Source: Abditibacterium sp. (lineage in GTDB: Bacteria > Armatimonadota > Abditibacteriia > Abditibacteriales > Abditibacteriaceae). From it: a stretch of 64,000 nucleotides of DNA. The notes under the pieces were generated by a model. That model ran no database searches and was not told the DNA's origin. It was given only the letters and a program-made list of their open reading frames with translations. A program made the position numbers and the translations under genes. Location: contig CBDASK010000003.1 of NCBI GenBank assembly GCA_965199495.1, forward strand, positions 3,456,001-3,520,000, written 5' to 3'. This document shows positions 54,502-63,255 of the stretch, one piece after another; the first letter of the stretch is position 1; every line of letters starts with the position of its first letter.

Positions 54502-55028
54502 TAATTTGGCCCTTTAATAATTTTGGCTTTATCGCGCGCGCCAGCGAGCATTTCGCGGGCCGAAGCCAGATAATTCTCTTGCTGATTGCTAAATTCGCCG
54601 CCGCCTGTAACGACTTTCCCGCCCGGACGAATCCAGCGCCACAATTTGCCATTTTTGAAATACCAACGTTCCTGCCGCCGCGAGGCGATTTTTACAGGCG
54701 TGTCGAAAAAGTCACTCTGTGGATGATTGTAATTTTCGCTCGTGCGCAAGATGAAGAACAGGCGGCCTTGCCAGAAATAAAATTCTTCGGTGGCCTGGCC
54801 GGTTTCGCCGTAGTATTTAGCGACTATCTTGAGCGGTGCGCCTTTGCGAAAGTAAGCCGTGAGTTCGCCGCCTTCGGCAGAGTAACCCTGCAAATCACGT
54901 TTAACGACAGTGGCTTTGGGCACGGCTTTATCAACGGCGGCATAATGCGCGCGCACGAGGGCGGCATCGTCGGCGGCGTGGCTGGTGATGGAGACGAGGA
55001 GAGCGAAGGCGAGAATTGCGAGTTTCAT
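54498..55028 (-). CDS. Hypothetical exported protein
   Basis: Signal peptide; SAEGGEL.AY, YGETG...EEFY, ERWYF.NG. Confidence 0.7.
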   Translation of the reverse strand: MKLAILAFALLVSITSHAADDAALVRAHYAAVDKAVPKATVVKRDLQGYSAEGGELTAYFRKGAPLKIVAKYYGETGQATEEFYFWQGRLFFILRTSENYNHPQSDFFDTPVKIASRRQERWYFKNGKLWRWIRPGGKVVTGGGEFSNQQENYLASAREMLAGARDKAKIIKGPNY

Positions 55029-55035
55029 TGTTTTT

Positions 55036-55077
55036 GTTTCACACAAAGGGACAAAGATCGCACCAAGGGAACAAAGA
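55036..55077. repeat. CACAAAG-unit arm downstream of the GxxExxY gene
   Basis: GTTTCACACAAAGGGACAAAGATCGCACCAAGGGAACAAAG is a diverged direct copy of 55486-55526. Confidence 0.8.
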
Positions 55078-55082
55078 TTGGA

Positions 55083-55478
55083 TTAGCCGTTGACAACTCT
55101 TTTGGTGCCATCGCGCACGGTGGCCTCGTTGAAGTTGATTAAGAGGCCAAGCCAGAGTTCGGTAAGTTTGAGGTAAGTCGTGAGCTGGAGCGTGTGAATA
55201 ACTTGTAGCTTTTCGACCGATTTGATTTCGACAATTACCAAGCCGCCGACCAATATATCCAACCGGTAACCGCATTCTAAAACTAAACCTTTGTAATCGA
55301 GAGCTACGGGGGCCTGACGCTTAAACGGAATGTGAGAGAGTTCTAACTCGCGGCACAAACACGCTTCGTAAGCTGATTCCAGAAGTCCTGGCCCGGTTTG
55401 GCGATGCACTTCGATGGCCGCGCCAATAATCCGGTTCGATAATTCGTTGGAGCGTGCAATTAAATCGTCTCTTTCCAT
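55083..55478 (-). CDS. GxxExxY protein (PD-(D/E)XK nuclease-like)
   Basis: IIGAAIEVH, GPGLLESAY, YRLDILV, VEIKS, QLTTYL, GLLINF. Confidence 0.92.
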   Translation of the reverse strand: MERDDLIARSNELSNRIIGAAIEVHRQTGPGLLESAYEACLCRELELSHIPFKRQAPVALDYKGLVLECGYRLDILVGGLVIVEIKSVEKLQVIHTLQLTTYLKLTELWLGLLINFNEATVRDGTKRVVNG

Positions 55479-55484
55479 TTCAAG

Positions 55485-55583
55485 AGTTTCACACAAAGGC
55501 ACAAAGATCACACGAAGGATACAAAGGAGTTAAAGAAAAATCTTTGTATCCTTCGTGTGATCTTTGTGCCTTTGTGTGAAACT
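55485..55583. repeat. Perfect 42-bp inverted repeat of CACAAAG units between leuS and the GxxExxY gene
   Basis: AGTTTCACACAAAGGCACAAAGATCACACGAAGGATACAAAG and its reverse complement at 55542-55583. Confidence 0.85.
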
Positions 55584-58230
55584 AAACCACGATATTCACC
55601 AAGCGCCCCGGCACTACCACAACCTTCCGCGCCACCTTACCCTCCATCGCAGCAGCCACGTCGGCGTTGCCCAACGCCAGCGCCTCCAAAACATCGTTCG
55701 CCAATCCAACCTCAACCGTCAGTCGCGCCTTCAACTTGCCGTTGACTTGAACCGGAATTACCACCTCATCTTCCTTCGCCACATCCGCATCGGCGCGCGG
55801 CCATTCCATCCGATAGAACGATTGCTCGAAGCCCAACTGCGAACCCAATTCGTCGGCGATGTGCGGCGCGAACGGACTCAGCAACAACAACAGATTCTCG
55901 ACCGCTTCGCCGTAAACCGCCGCGTTGCTGTTTTTGCCGTTGAGCCATTCTTGCAGCGCGTTCACCTCTTCCATCAGCGCCGCGATGGCCGTGTTCATAT
56001 TGAATCGCTCGATGTCCACGCTCACGCGCTCGATGGTTTGATGCGTTTTGCGACGCAATTTCTTATCGGCGCCGCTTTCGCCGCCGAGGTTGTCGCGCCA
56101 ATTAGCGTCGAACGGCTGCGCCAGACACGCGCGCCAGACGCGTTCGAGAAAGCGATAGGTGCCCGCGAAAACCGAATCCGATTCGCCGCGTTTCCATTCC
56201 ACATCTTGGTCGGGCGGCCCCATGAACAGCGTCATCATGCGCGTGGCATCGGCGCCGTATTGGGCAACGGCATCGTCCAAAGCCACGACGTTGCCCTTGC
56301 TTTTGCTCATCTTGACGACTTTATCTTCGCCGTTTTCTCCGGCGCCCGGCGCCAACATCGTCACCATGCCCTGCGTGAAGAGGCGCGGGAACGGTTCGTT
56401 GTGCGCCACCAAACCCAAATCGAACAAGACTTTGGTGAAAAAGCGCGCGTAAATCAGGTGCATCGTGGCGTGTTCGACGCCGCCGACGTATTGGTCAACC
56501 GCCATCCAACGCGCCAAATCGTCGGGATTAAACGGCGCATTGGCGTCGTGCGGCGAGCAAAAGCGCAGGAAATACCAACTCGAATCCACGAACGTATCGA
56601 GCGTATCGGTCTCGCGCCGCGCCGGATTGCCCTCGCTGTCGCGCGCGTCTTGCCACGAAGCCGAAGTTTCGAGCGGGTTGCCGTGTCCGGTAAATTGAAC
56701 GTCTGTGGGCAGCAAAACCGGCAATTGATCGAGCGGCACGGTTTCGAGCGCGCCGTCCTCGCGGTAAACGATGGGGATCGGGCAACCCCAGTAGCGTTGG
56801 CGGCTCATGCACCAGGGCCGCAAACGATAGTTGACCGTCGCCTCCCCAATCCCCTCCGCTTCCATATATTCCGTGATTTTCTGGCGCGCGTCGTCGGGAT
56901 TCCAACCGTTGAAGTCGCCGGAACCTGTCAGCCATCCCTCGTATTTATCGGTGTGGGCTGAGACGATATTTGTGTAAGCCTGACCGCTTGGAAAAATTTC
57001 GTCTAATTCTTCCTGTGTTGGTTCTTCGTCCTCCCCCTTTGAGGCAGCGAGTTCGTGTATTTTCCTTTCTTGATCTTCATCCCACTCGTTGTTTTCAGGG
57101 TCACCAAAGCACGGATTGTCGAATAAGTCCTCCGGCAAAACAACCAATTTAATCGGCAAATCATATTTTTTGGCGAAGTCGAAATCGCGTTCGTCGTGGG
57201 CGGGCACGGCCATCACGGCGCCGCTGCCGTAATCGCTCACCACGTAATTCGCCAGCCAAATCGGAACCGCTTCGCCGTTCATCGGGTTGGTGCAATAGGC
57301 GCCGGTAAACATCCCTTCCTTGGGAAAATCCGTCGAACGGTCGCGCTGCGCGTCCTTCTGACGCGCCACATGATCCCGAAACTCGCGCGCCGGCCCTTCC
57401 CATTCCGTGTCCGCAACCAACGCATCAACCAGAGGCGCATCGGGCGCCATCACCAGGTAAGTCACGCCGAAAACCGTGTCCACGCGCGTGGTAAAAACTT
57501 CGATTTCGCCCTCTCTGTCCCGCAACGGAAAGCGAAACGTTACGCCTTCGCTGCGCCCGATCCAATCGCGTTGGGCTTTGATGACGCGTTCGGGCCAATC
57601 GGTTAAAGTCTCCAAATCGTCCAACAATCGCTGCGCGTAGGCGGGCGTGTTGGCGAACCATTGCGTCAACTCTTTCTGCTCGACGAGGTTGCCGCAACGG
57701 TCACATTTTCCGTCTTTGACCTGTTCGTTGGCCAGCACGGTTTGATCGTTTGGGCACCAGTTGACGAGGGCCGATTTGCGTTCGATGAGACCGGCGTTAT
57801 AAAGCTGAATCCACAGCCATTGCGTCCATTTGTAGTAGTCGGGTTTGCAAGTCGCGATTTCGCGCGACCAATCGAAGGCGATGCCCAATTTATCGAACTG
57901 TTCGTGCATCTGTCCGATACATTTGTCCGTCCACTGCGCCGGATGGACGCCGCGATTGATGGCGGCGTTTTCGGCGGGCAAGCCAAAGGCGTCCCAGCCC
58001 ATCGGGTGCAAAACGTTATAGCCGTTCATCACGCGATAGCGCGCGACGGCATCGCCGATGGCGTAGTTGCGAACGTGCCCGACGTGCAAAGCGCCCGACG
58101 GGTAAGGGAACATATCGAGGTAATAAAACTTCGGTTTATCGGGGTCGAAAGTGGTGTCGAAGAGGTTATTCTGGCGCCAGTTGGTTTGCCATTTGGTTTC
58201 GATTTCGGATGGGTTGTAGCGAGTTTCCAT
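55582..58230 (-). CDS. leuS: Leucine--tRNA ligase
   Basis: MFPYPSG.LHVGH, GWDAFGLPAENAA, FTTR, AVPAHDERD, SRQRYWGCPIP, KMSKS. Confidence 0.98.
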   Translation of the reverse strand: METRYNPSEIETKWQTNWRQNNLFDTTFDPDKPKFYYLDMFPYPSGALHVGHVRNYAIGDAVARYRVMNGYNVLHPMGWDAFGLPAENAAINRGVHPAQWTDKCIGQMHEQFDKLGIAFDWSREIATCKPDYYKWTQWLWIQLYNAGLIERKSALVNWCPNDQTVLANEQVKDGKCDRCGNLVEQKELTQWFANTPAYAQRLLDDLETLTDWPERVIKAQRDWIGRSEGVTFRFPLRDREGEIEVFTTRVDTVFGVTYLVMAPDAPLVDALVADTEWEGPAREFRDHVARQKDAQRDRSTDFPKEGMFTGAYCTNPMNGEAVPIWLANYVVSDYGSGAVMAVPAHDERDFDFAKKYDLPIKLVVLPEDLFDNPCFGDPENNEWDEDQERKIHELAASKGEDEEPTQEELDEIFPSGQAYTNIVSAHTDKYEGWLTGSGDFNGWNPDDARQKITEYMEAEGIGEATVNYRLRPWCMSRQRYWGCPIPIVYREDGALETVPLDQLPVLLPTDVQFTGHGNPLETSASWQDARDSEGNPARRETDTLDTFVDSSWYFLRFCSPHDANAPFNPDDLARWMAVDQYVGGVEHATMHLIYARFFTKVLFDLGLVAHNEPFPRLFTQGMVTMLAPGAGENGEDKVVKMSKSKGNVVALDDAVAQYGADATRMMTLFMGPPDQDVEWKRGESDSVFAGTYRFLERVWRACLAQPFDANWRDNLGGESGADKKLRRKTHQTIERVSVDIERFNMNTAIAALMEEVNALQEWLNGKNSNAAVYGEAVENLLLLLSPFAPHIADELGSQLGFEQSFYRMEWPRADADVAKEDEVVIPVQVNGKLKARLTVEVGLANDVLEALALGNADVAAAMEGKVARKVVVVPGRLVNIVV

Positions 58231-58257
58231 TGGATTAAGTTAGTTTGCGATAAATCT

Positions 58258-58400
58258 CGTAGGGGCGGGGTTCCCCCGCCCGAAACGTCAATGCGACGAT
58301 AACGGTAATGCCAACCCGTGACGTTTCGGGTGGGGGATATGCGGCGAATTCAACAAATGTCGGCGCGTAACGTTTTGGGCGGGGGAACCCCGCCCCTACG
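58258..58400. repeat. GTAG-type REPIN, family B
   Basis: CGTAGGGGCGGGGTTCCCCCGCCCGAAACG ... CGTTTTGGGCGGGGGAACCCCGCCCCTACG. Confidence 0.8.
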
Positions 58401-58409
58401 GGGTGCGAA

Positions 58410-59387
58410 TTATCGTGGCGTCGCCGTGGCTGCTTTGCCCGCCGGTTTCGCATCCAAACCCGCCAGCATATGCTGCAAGCCGAAGTGAATGCCGACTGTC
58501 ATCACCAACACCAAAACTCCAGCCCACAACAGCGCGAATTTCTCGTCGCGCGTGTAGGTAAAATATTTCAGATTCGGCAAAACCGCGCCCGCGCCGATAA
58601 ATAATAATCCCGGCAACGCCGGAATGTTCGGCAGAAACGTGATGCTCAATAACGCGCCCGAAACCAGCAACCACGTCGCGGCGGCGGGCGTGCGCCAGTT
58701 CATGCGATGAATCACGATGATGCCGAGCAGAAACGCTAAAAACAGGAAATCGCCGACGCCAATCGCGGGCATGGGAATCGAGAATCCGCTCCTCGCGGCG
58801 GCGTTGCCAATTTTCGGGCCTGCGGTCATCGCGGCCTGCGTCACCGGTTTGGCGGCTTCGCTCGCCATAATTTTAGAAATCGGGCCGTTAAACAAAACGC
58901 CCCAAATATCAATGATCGCGATAATTGCGCCGATTGGCCCCAACATATTGGCCGAGCGAATCATGCGCGCGAGGGAAAATCCGCCGAAAGTCGCCGCACA
59001 CAACAACGACGCGGCTTGAGCCGCAGTTGCGAAAACTTGCCCCGGCGAATCTTGAACGCCAAATCGGGGTAAACCGCCGACGAGCGGAAACAGAACGAAC
59101 TGCACGCCCAGCCACACCAAAACGCTGGCGACAAAAGCGGCGAGCGTGATCGGCAAACTCCATTCGCGGTGCGCGATACCCAGCGCGAACAACACGACGG
59201 CGCCGATATAGATTAGCGTTAATAAAACGTTGGACGCAATGGCGACGTAGATATTGGAAATCGACAGAAATGGTAGCGCGACGTTGAGCGCGAAGATAAA
59301 AAGGAGCCACCAAAACGGATGGATGCGGAGCAAGCCGTCGAATTTCTGGGGCGTCGTGGGCGCGTGCCATTCGGGTTCGGGATTCAC
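58410..59387 (-). CDS. Polytopic membrane protein with presenilin/SPP-like GxGD and PAL motifs
   Basis: About nine hydrophobic segments; IIDIWGV, IGVGDFLF and IPALP occur in canonical order. Confidence 0.7.
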   Translation of the reverse strand: MNPEPEWHAPTTPQKFDGLLRIHPFWWLLFIFALNVALPFLSISNIYVAIASNVLLTLIYIGAVVLFALGIAHREWSLPITLAAFVASVLVWLGVQFVLFPLVGGLPRFGVQDSPGQVFATAAQAASLLCAATFGGFSLARMIRSANMLGPIGAIIAIIDIWGVLFNGPISKIMASEAAKPVTQAAMTAGPKIGNAAARSGFSIPMPAIGVGDFLFLAFLLGIIVIHRMNWRTPAAATWLLVSGALLSITFLPNIPALPGLLFIGAGAVLPNLKYFTYTRDEKFALLWAGVLVLVMTVGIHFGLQHMLAGLDAKPAGKAATATPR

Positions 59388-59442
59388 CCAAGAGATTTTA
59401 CTTTATGAAGCGGGCGGATAAACTGGATTTAACAAATACATC

Positions 59443-60003
59443 ATGAAAGATCAACTCACTTCGCTCGCCGCACTCGCCTTTGTCGTCGCCGTGGCTGCTC
59501 CATCGCTGGCGCAGAATAAAAATTGGCGTATCAAGAAAACTTACGTTGTGCCGATGAAAAATGACGCCAAAGATTGCTGGAAATTGGGCGAACACGGCGA
59601 CTTGCACATCGTTTATCGCGGCGGGCGCGACGTGAAAATTACCAAAGACGGCAATGCATTAAACGATACGCATATCGCGCCCGATGGTCGCACGGTTGGT
59701 TATACAATCGGCACGCACAAGCCCTGCACCGATTGGAGTATCGGTGGCACGATGTTCGTCAATTCCAAATTAATCTTGATGCGCGACGGCAAGCCATTGC
59801 GGGCGTTTGAAGTGCCGGGCACGTTCATCGAAGGTTGGCGGTTCTGGAACCACGGGAAATATGTCGCCGTCGGTTCGCGCTGGCATCACGGCGTCGGTTA
59901 TGTGCGGCTGTTCGATGTCAAATCGGGCAAATTATTGGAGCGGATGACAACGCCGGAAGCGGAAAATAAAAAGTTGAAGTGGGCGGCGGATTTGACGGTT
60001 TGA
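59443..60003 (+). CDS. Hypothetical exported protein, beta-propeller-like fragment
   Basis: Signal peptide; IAPDGRTVG, W.FW..GK.VA, LFDVKSGKL. Confidence 0.7.
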   Translation: MKDQLTSLAALAFVVAVAAPSLAQNKNWRIKKTYVVPMKNDAKDCWKLGEHGDLHIVYRGGRDVKITKDGNALNDTHIAPDGRTVGYTIGTHKPCTDWSIGGTMFVNSKLILMRDGKPLRAFEVPGTFIEGWRFWNHGKYVAVGSRWHHGVGYVRLFDVKSGKLLERMTTPEAENKKLKWAADLTV

Positions 60004-60024
60004 ACGGCGAGTAAACTACTCTTT

Positions 60025-60354
60025 ATGACCGCACTTCAAGAAGCCGAGAAACTATTGCCCGCGCTGTCGCGCGCCGAGAAAGCGCAGCTTTTGCAATGGG
60101 TCATCAACGATTTGAGCGAATCGTTTCCCGGCATTGAAAGTCGCGCGGGTGTGTGCGGCGGCGAACCTTGCATCGTGCGCACGCGGATTCCGGTTTGGGC
60201 GTTGGAACAGATGCGCAGATTGGGCGTCGCCGAAGCGGATATTTTGCGCAGTTACCCCACACTTCGCGCCGAAGATTTGGCGCACGCTTGGGATTATGTG
60301 CGCGCGTACCGTGGCGAAATCGAGCATCAGATTGACGAAAACGAGGGCGCTTGA
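60025..60354 (+). CDS. DUF433 domain protein, putative antitoxin
   Basis: GVCGGEPCI.RTRIPVW, IL.SYP.L..EDL..A..Y. Confidence 0.9.
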   Translation: MTALQEAEKLLPALSRAEKAQLLQWVINDLSESFPGIESRAGVCGGEPCIVRTRIPVWALEQMRRLGVAEADILRSYPTLRAEDLAHAWDYVRAYRGEIEHQIDENEGA

Positions 60355-60355
60355 T

Positions 60356-60709
60356 ATGGCAAAACTTTATTCCAACGAGAATTTTCCTTTGCCCGCCGTC
60401 CAAGAATTGCGTCGCTTGGGACACAATGTTCTAACCGTCGCCGAAGCTGGGCACGCCGACCAAGCGATTCCCGCTGAAGAAGTTTTGGCTTTCGCCATGA
60501 GTTCGGGCCGCGCGGTTTTAACGATCAATCGTAAGCATTTCATCAAATTGCACCACGCGCAACCCAATCACGCGGGCATCATCGTTTGCACGCTCGACGC
60601 AGATTTCGTCGGGCAAGCGGGGCGCATTGATGAAGCGTTAAACGAGAATGTGGATTTGTCGGGCGCGTTGTTGCGCGTCAATCGGCTTCAACAGGGAGAA
60701 GCAAAATGA
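60356..60709 (+). CDS. DUF5615 PIN-like protein, putative toxin
   Basis: LYSNENFP, LR.LGH.V, RAVLTINRKHF, HAGII; follows DUF433. Confidence 0.85.
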   Translation: MAKLYSNENFPLPAVQELRRLGHNVLTVAEAGHADQAIPAEEVLAFAMSSGRAVLTINRKHFIKLHHAQPNHAGIIVCTLDADFVGQAGRIDEALNENVDLSGALLRVNRLQQGEAK

Positions 60710-60966
60710 ATGAAGTTCAGATTTTAAGAAAACGTGTCGCCGCTTTGGCGCTCGATTATTGCGAGGAAAGGATTACTTACCAACAGTTCCTTGATTCTAT
60801 TCACAGAAAGTCAGTAGACGATGAGGAAGATGGCGGCGCAGAAGAATTGGTTGATATGATTACGCACGGATCACACGTCGGCGGCTTTTTCGGCATCAGC
60901 CGTGCCCAAGGCGAAAAGGATCGCGCCGAAATTTTGGCGCTCATTGCTAAGTTGCAACGAGAATAA
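60706..60966 (+). CDS. Small hypothetical protein
   Basis: 86-aa ORF overlapping the previous stop (ATGA), with lower-GC codons. Confidence 0.55.
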   Translation: MNEVQILRKRVAALALDYCEERITYQQFLDSIHRKSVDDEEDGGAEELVDMITHGSHVGGFFGISRAQGEKDRAEILALIAKLQRE

Positions 60967-60970
60967 ACCG

Positions 60971-62230
60971 TTAGCCCAACCGCTCCATCACTTCACACGC
61001 CGCGCGCGGCCCGTTTTCGGCGCGCACGCGTTTGCCCAATTCGCGCGCATAGCCCGCGCAATCGTCGCGCGCTTCGGCCATAATTTCCAACGCGAAATCG
61101 CCGCGCGAACCGCGCTCATATAAACGCCGCGAAATGCTGCGACCGACGCCTAATTTGCGGATGCGGCGCGCGTTGTCGGGTTGGTCGTGCGCGTAGGGCA
61201 TCACCAATTGCGGGACTCCGGCGCGCAGAGCTTGCGCCGTCGTGCCCGCGCCGCCTTGATGAACGATGAGACTGGCACGCGGAAAAATCTCGGAGTGCGG
61301 CGCGTAACCAACTTCCAAAACGTTGTCGGGCCAATCTATGTTAGTCGGCTCGCCGGTTAGCAAAACGGCGCGTGCGTTTAAGCGCGTGGCGTATTCGGCG
61401 CTGCGATTCCAGAATTCGCCCGCATCATAAACCGCCGAACTGCCCAGCGTGAAGACAATTGGCGCGGCGCCCTGAATTGACCAATAACGCCAATCGTCGT
61501 CTTCGTCGAGTTGGTTTTCGTAGCCGTCGGCGTCGTAGAAGCAGAAGCCGGTGGCTGTTGTGTTCGATGGCCAATCTTTTTGCGGTTTGGCGAAGTTTGG
61601 AGAGAATAACGCGAGATTGCCAAACGGCGAGAATTGGCCCTCGAACATCGGATGTTCGCCTTCCAAACCCATTTCGGCGCGCAATTGTTCGACGGGCGCG
61701 ATCCAACTGCGCGTGCTGGCTTTGCCGATGCCGTAATAAATTTTGGGCCAAAGTGGGGCAAGAACGCGCAGGAAATCCAAAAATGGCGCGGTCGGTGGAG
61801 TCGCCACGTCGAGTTCACTCCACAGCGAAATCGGCGCTAAAACGCTCGAAAGCCATTTTTTATTTAACTTGCGCGCGGCCAACGGCCCGCCCAGCGCGGC
61901 GGGATGCGTCACAATTAAATCGGCGTCGGCGCAGGCTTCCAATAAATCATCGGTTTGCTCGCGGATGAAGGGCGAAAGCATTTCTTGAAATAAATAGCGT
62001 GGGCCGTCTTTGGCGTTCATCACGCGTTGGGCGAGCGGGCCGTATTCGTCGTGCGAGGGCAAATCGGGGCGAACCGGGCGAAACTTTAAGCCCAAACCTT
62101 CGACTTTGGCGCGATATTTGGGCGCCGTTGCGAGTATCGGTTCGTGACCGCGATTTTGCGCTTCGAGGGCAATCGCTAAATACGGGTGAATATCGCCCAG
62201 CGAGCCGAACGTGGAGAAAATAATACGCAT
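60971..62230 (-). CDS. GT1 family glycosyltransferase
   Basis: GSLGDIHP, VFTLGS, APHSEIFP..HQGGAGTT.QALRAGVPQL..P.AHDQPDNA. Confidence 0.92.
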   Translation of the reverse strand: MRIIFSTFGSLGDIHPYLAIALEAQNRGHEPILATAPKYRAKVEGLGLKFRPVRPDLPSHDEYGPLAQRVMNAKDGPRYLFQEMLSPFIREQTDDLLEACADADLIVTHPAALGGPLAARKLNKKWLSSVLAPISLWSELDVATPPTAPFLDFLRVLAPLWPKIYYGIGKASTRSWIAPVEQLRAEMGLEGEHPMFEGQFSPFGNLALFSPNFAKPQKDWPSNTTATGFCFYDADGYENQLDEDDDWRYWSIQGAAPIVFTLGSSAVYDAGEFWNRSAEYATRLNARAVLLTGEPTNIDWPDNVLEVGYAPHSEIFPRASLIVHQGGAGTTAQALRAGVPQLVMPYAHDQPDNARRIRKLGVGRSISRRLYERGSRGDFALEIMAEARDDCAGYARELGKRVRAENGPRAACEVMERLG

Positions 62231-63218
62231 GAACTATGTAAATCTGGGGCGCACCGGCGCCAAAGTGTCGCCGCTCTGTTTGGGCTGCATGAACTTCGGC
62301 TGGGGCACCGAGGGCGACGAAGCCGTCGCGATTATGCACCGCGCGCTCGATGCCGGTCTGAATTTCTGGGATACCGCCGATGTTTATGGCAAAGGCAATT
62401 CCGAAAAAGTCGTCGGCAAAGCGTTGGAAGGCAAACGCGACGAAGTGTTTCTGGCCACCAAAGTTCACGGCAAAATGGGCGACGGGCCAAACGATGAAGG
62501 CAATTCGCGCCTGCACATCATCAAAGGCTGCGAAGACAGTTTGCGCCGTTTGAACATTGACCACATCGATTTGTATCAAATTCACCGCCCGCAAAACGAT
62601 ATTCCCATTGACGAAACGTTGCGCGCATTAGACGATTTGGTCACATCGGGCAAAGTTCGCTACGTCGGCACTTCGACCTTCGCGGCCTATCAAATCGTCG
62701 AAAGTTTGTGGGCCAGCGAAAAGTTCGGCATCAACCGTTTCGTGTGTGAGCAGCCGCCGTATAATCTGCTGGATCGGCGCATCGAACGCGAACTGTTGCC
62801 GGTTTGCCAAACTTACGGTTTGGGTGTGATTCCGTGGAGTCCGCTCGGTGGCGGAATGTTGACGGGCAAATACAAACGCGATGAACCCGCGCCCGCAGGT
62901 TCGCGCTTTGCCGATGGCAAGTTTCGCGGCAAACCGGTTTCGGACGCGACGTGGGATGTCGTCGAAGGTTTGCGCGCTTTGAGCGAAGACAAAGGCGTGA
63001 AGATGGACGCGTTCGCTCTGGCGTGGGTGGGCGCGCAAAAAGGTGTGACGAGTCCGATTATCGGGCCGAGTTCGATGGAGCAGTTGGAAGATAATCTCAA
63101 GGCAATGGATATCGAAATTACCGAAGATGACAACAAGCGCGTTGACGAACTGATCGCGCCGGGCACATCGGTCGCCGAGTTTTATAGCGCCGACTGGAAA
63201 GCGCCGCTTTATCGGTAG
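62229..63218 (+). CDS. Aldo/keto reductase
   Basis: LGRTG.KVS.LCLG, DTADVY, ATK, SLRRL..DHIDLYQIH, GKVRY.G.S, WSPLGGG. Confidence 0.95.
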   Translation: MNYVNLGRTGAKVSPLCLGCMNFGWGTEGDEAVAIMHRALDAGLNFWDTADVYGKGNSEKVVGKALEGKRDEVFLATKVHGKMGDGPNDEGNSRLHIIKGCEDSLRRLNIDHIDLYQIHRPQNDIPIDETLRALDDLVTSGKVRYVGTSTFAAYQIVESLWASEKFGINRFVCEQPPYNLLDRRIERELLPVCQTYGLGVIPWSPLGGGMLTGKYKRDEPAPAGSRFADGKFRGKPVSDATWDVVEGLRALSEDKGVKMDAFALAWVGAQKGVTSPIIGPSSMEQLEDNLKAMDIEITEDDNKRVDELIAPGTSVAEFYSADWKAPLYR

Positions 63219-63255
63219 CGTCTCTACGGGCGTATTGACAGGAATCAAAACCACC

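Noticed and set aside
55564..56961. 465-aa plus-strand ORF
   Set aside because: Antisense shadow of leuS.
56940..57135. LeuRS insertion considered as an intein
   Set aside because: Too short, and it lacks the N-terminal Cys/Ser and C-terminal His-Asn splice motifs.
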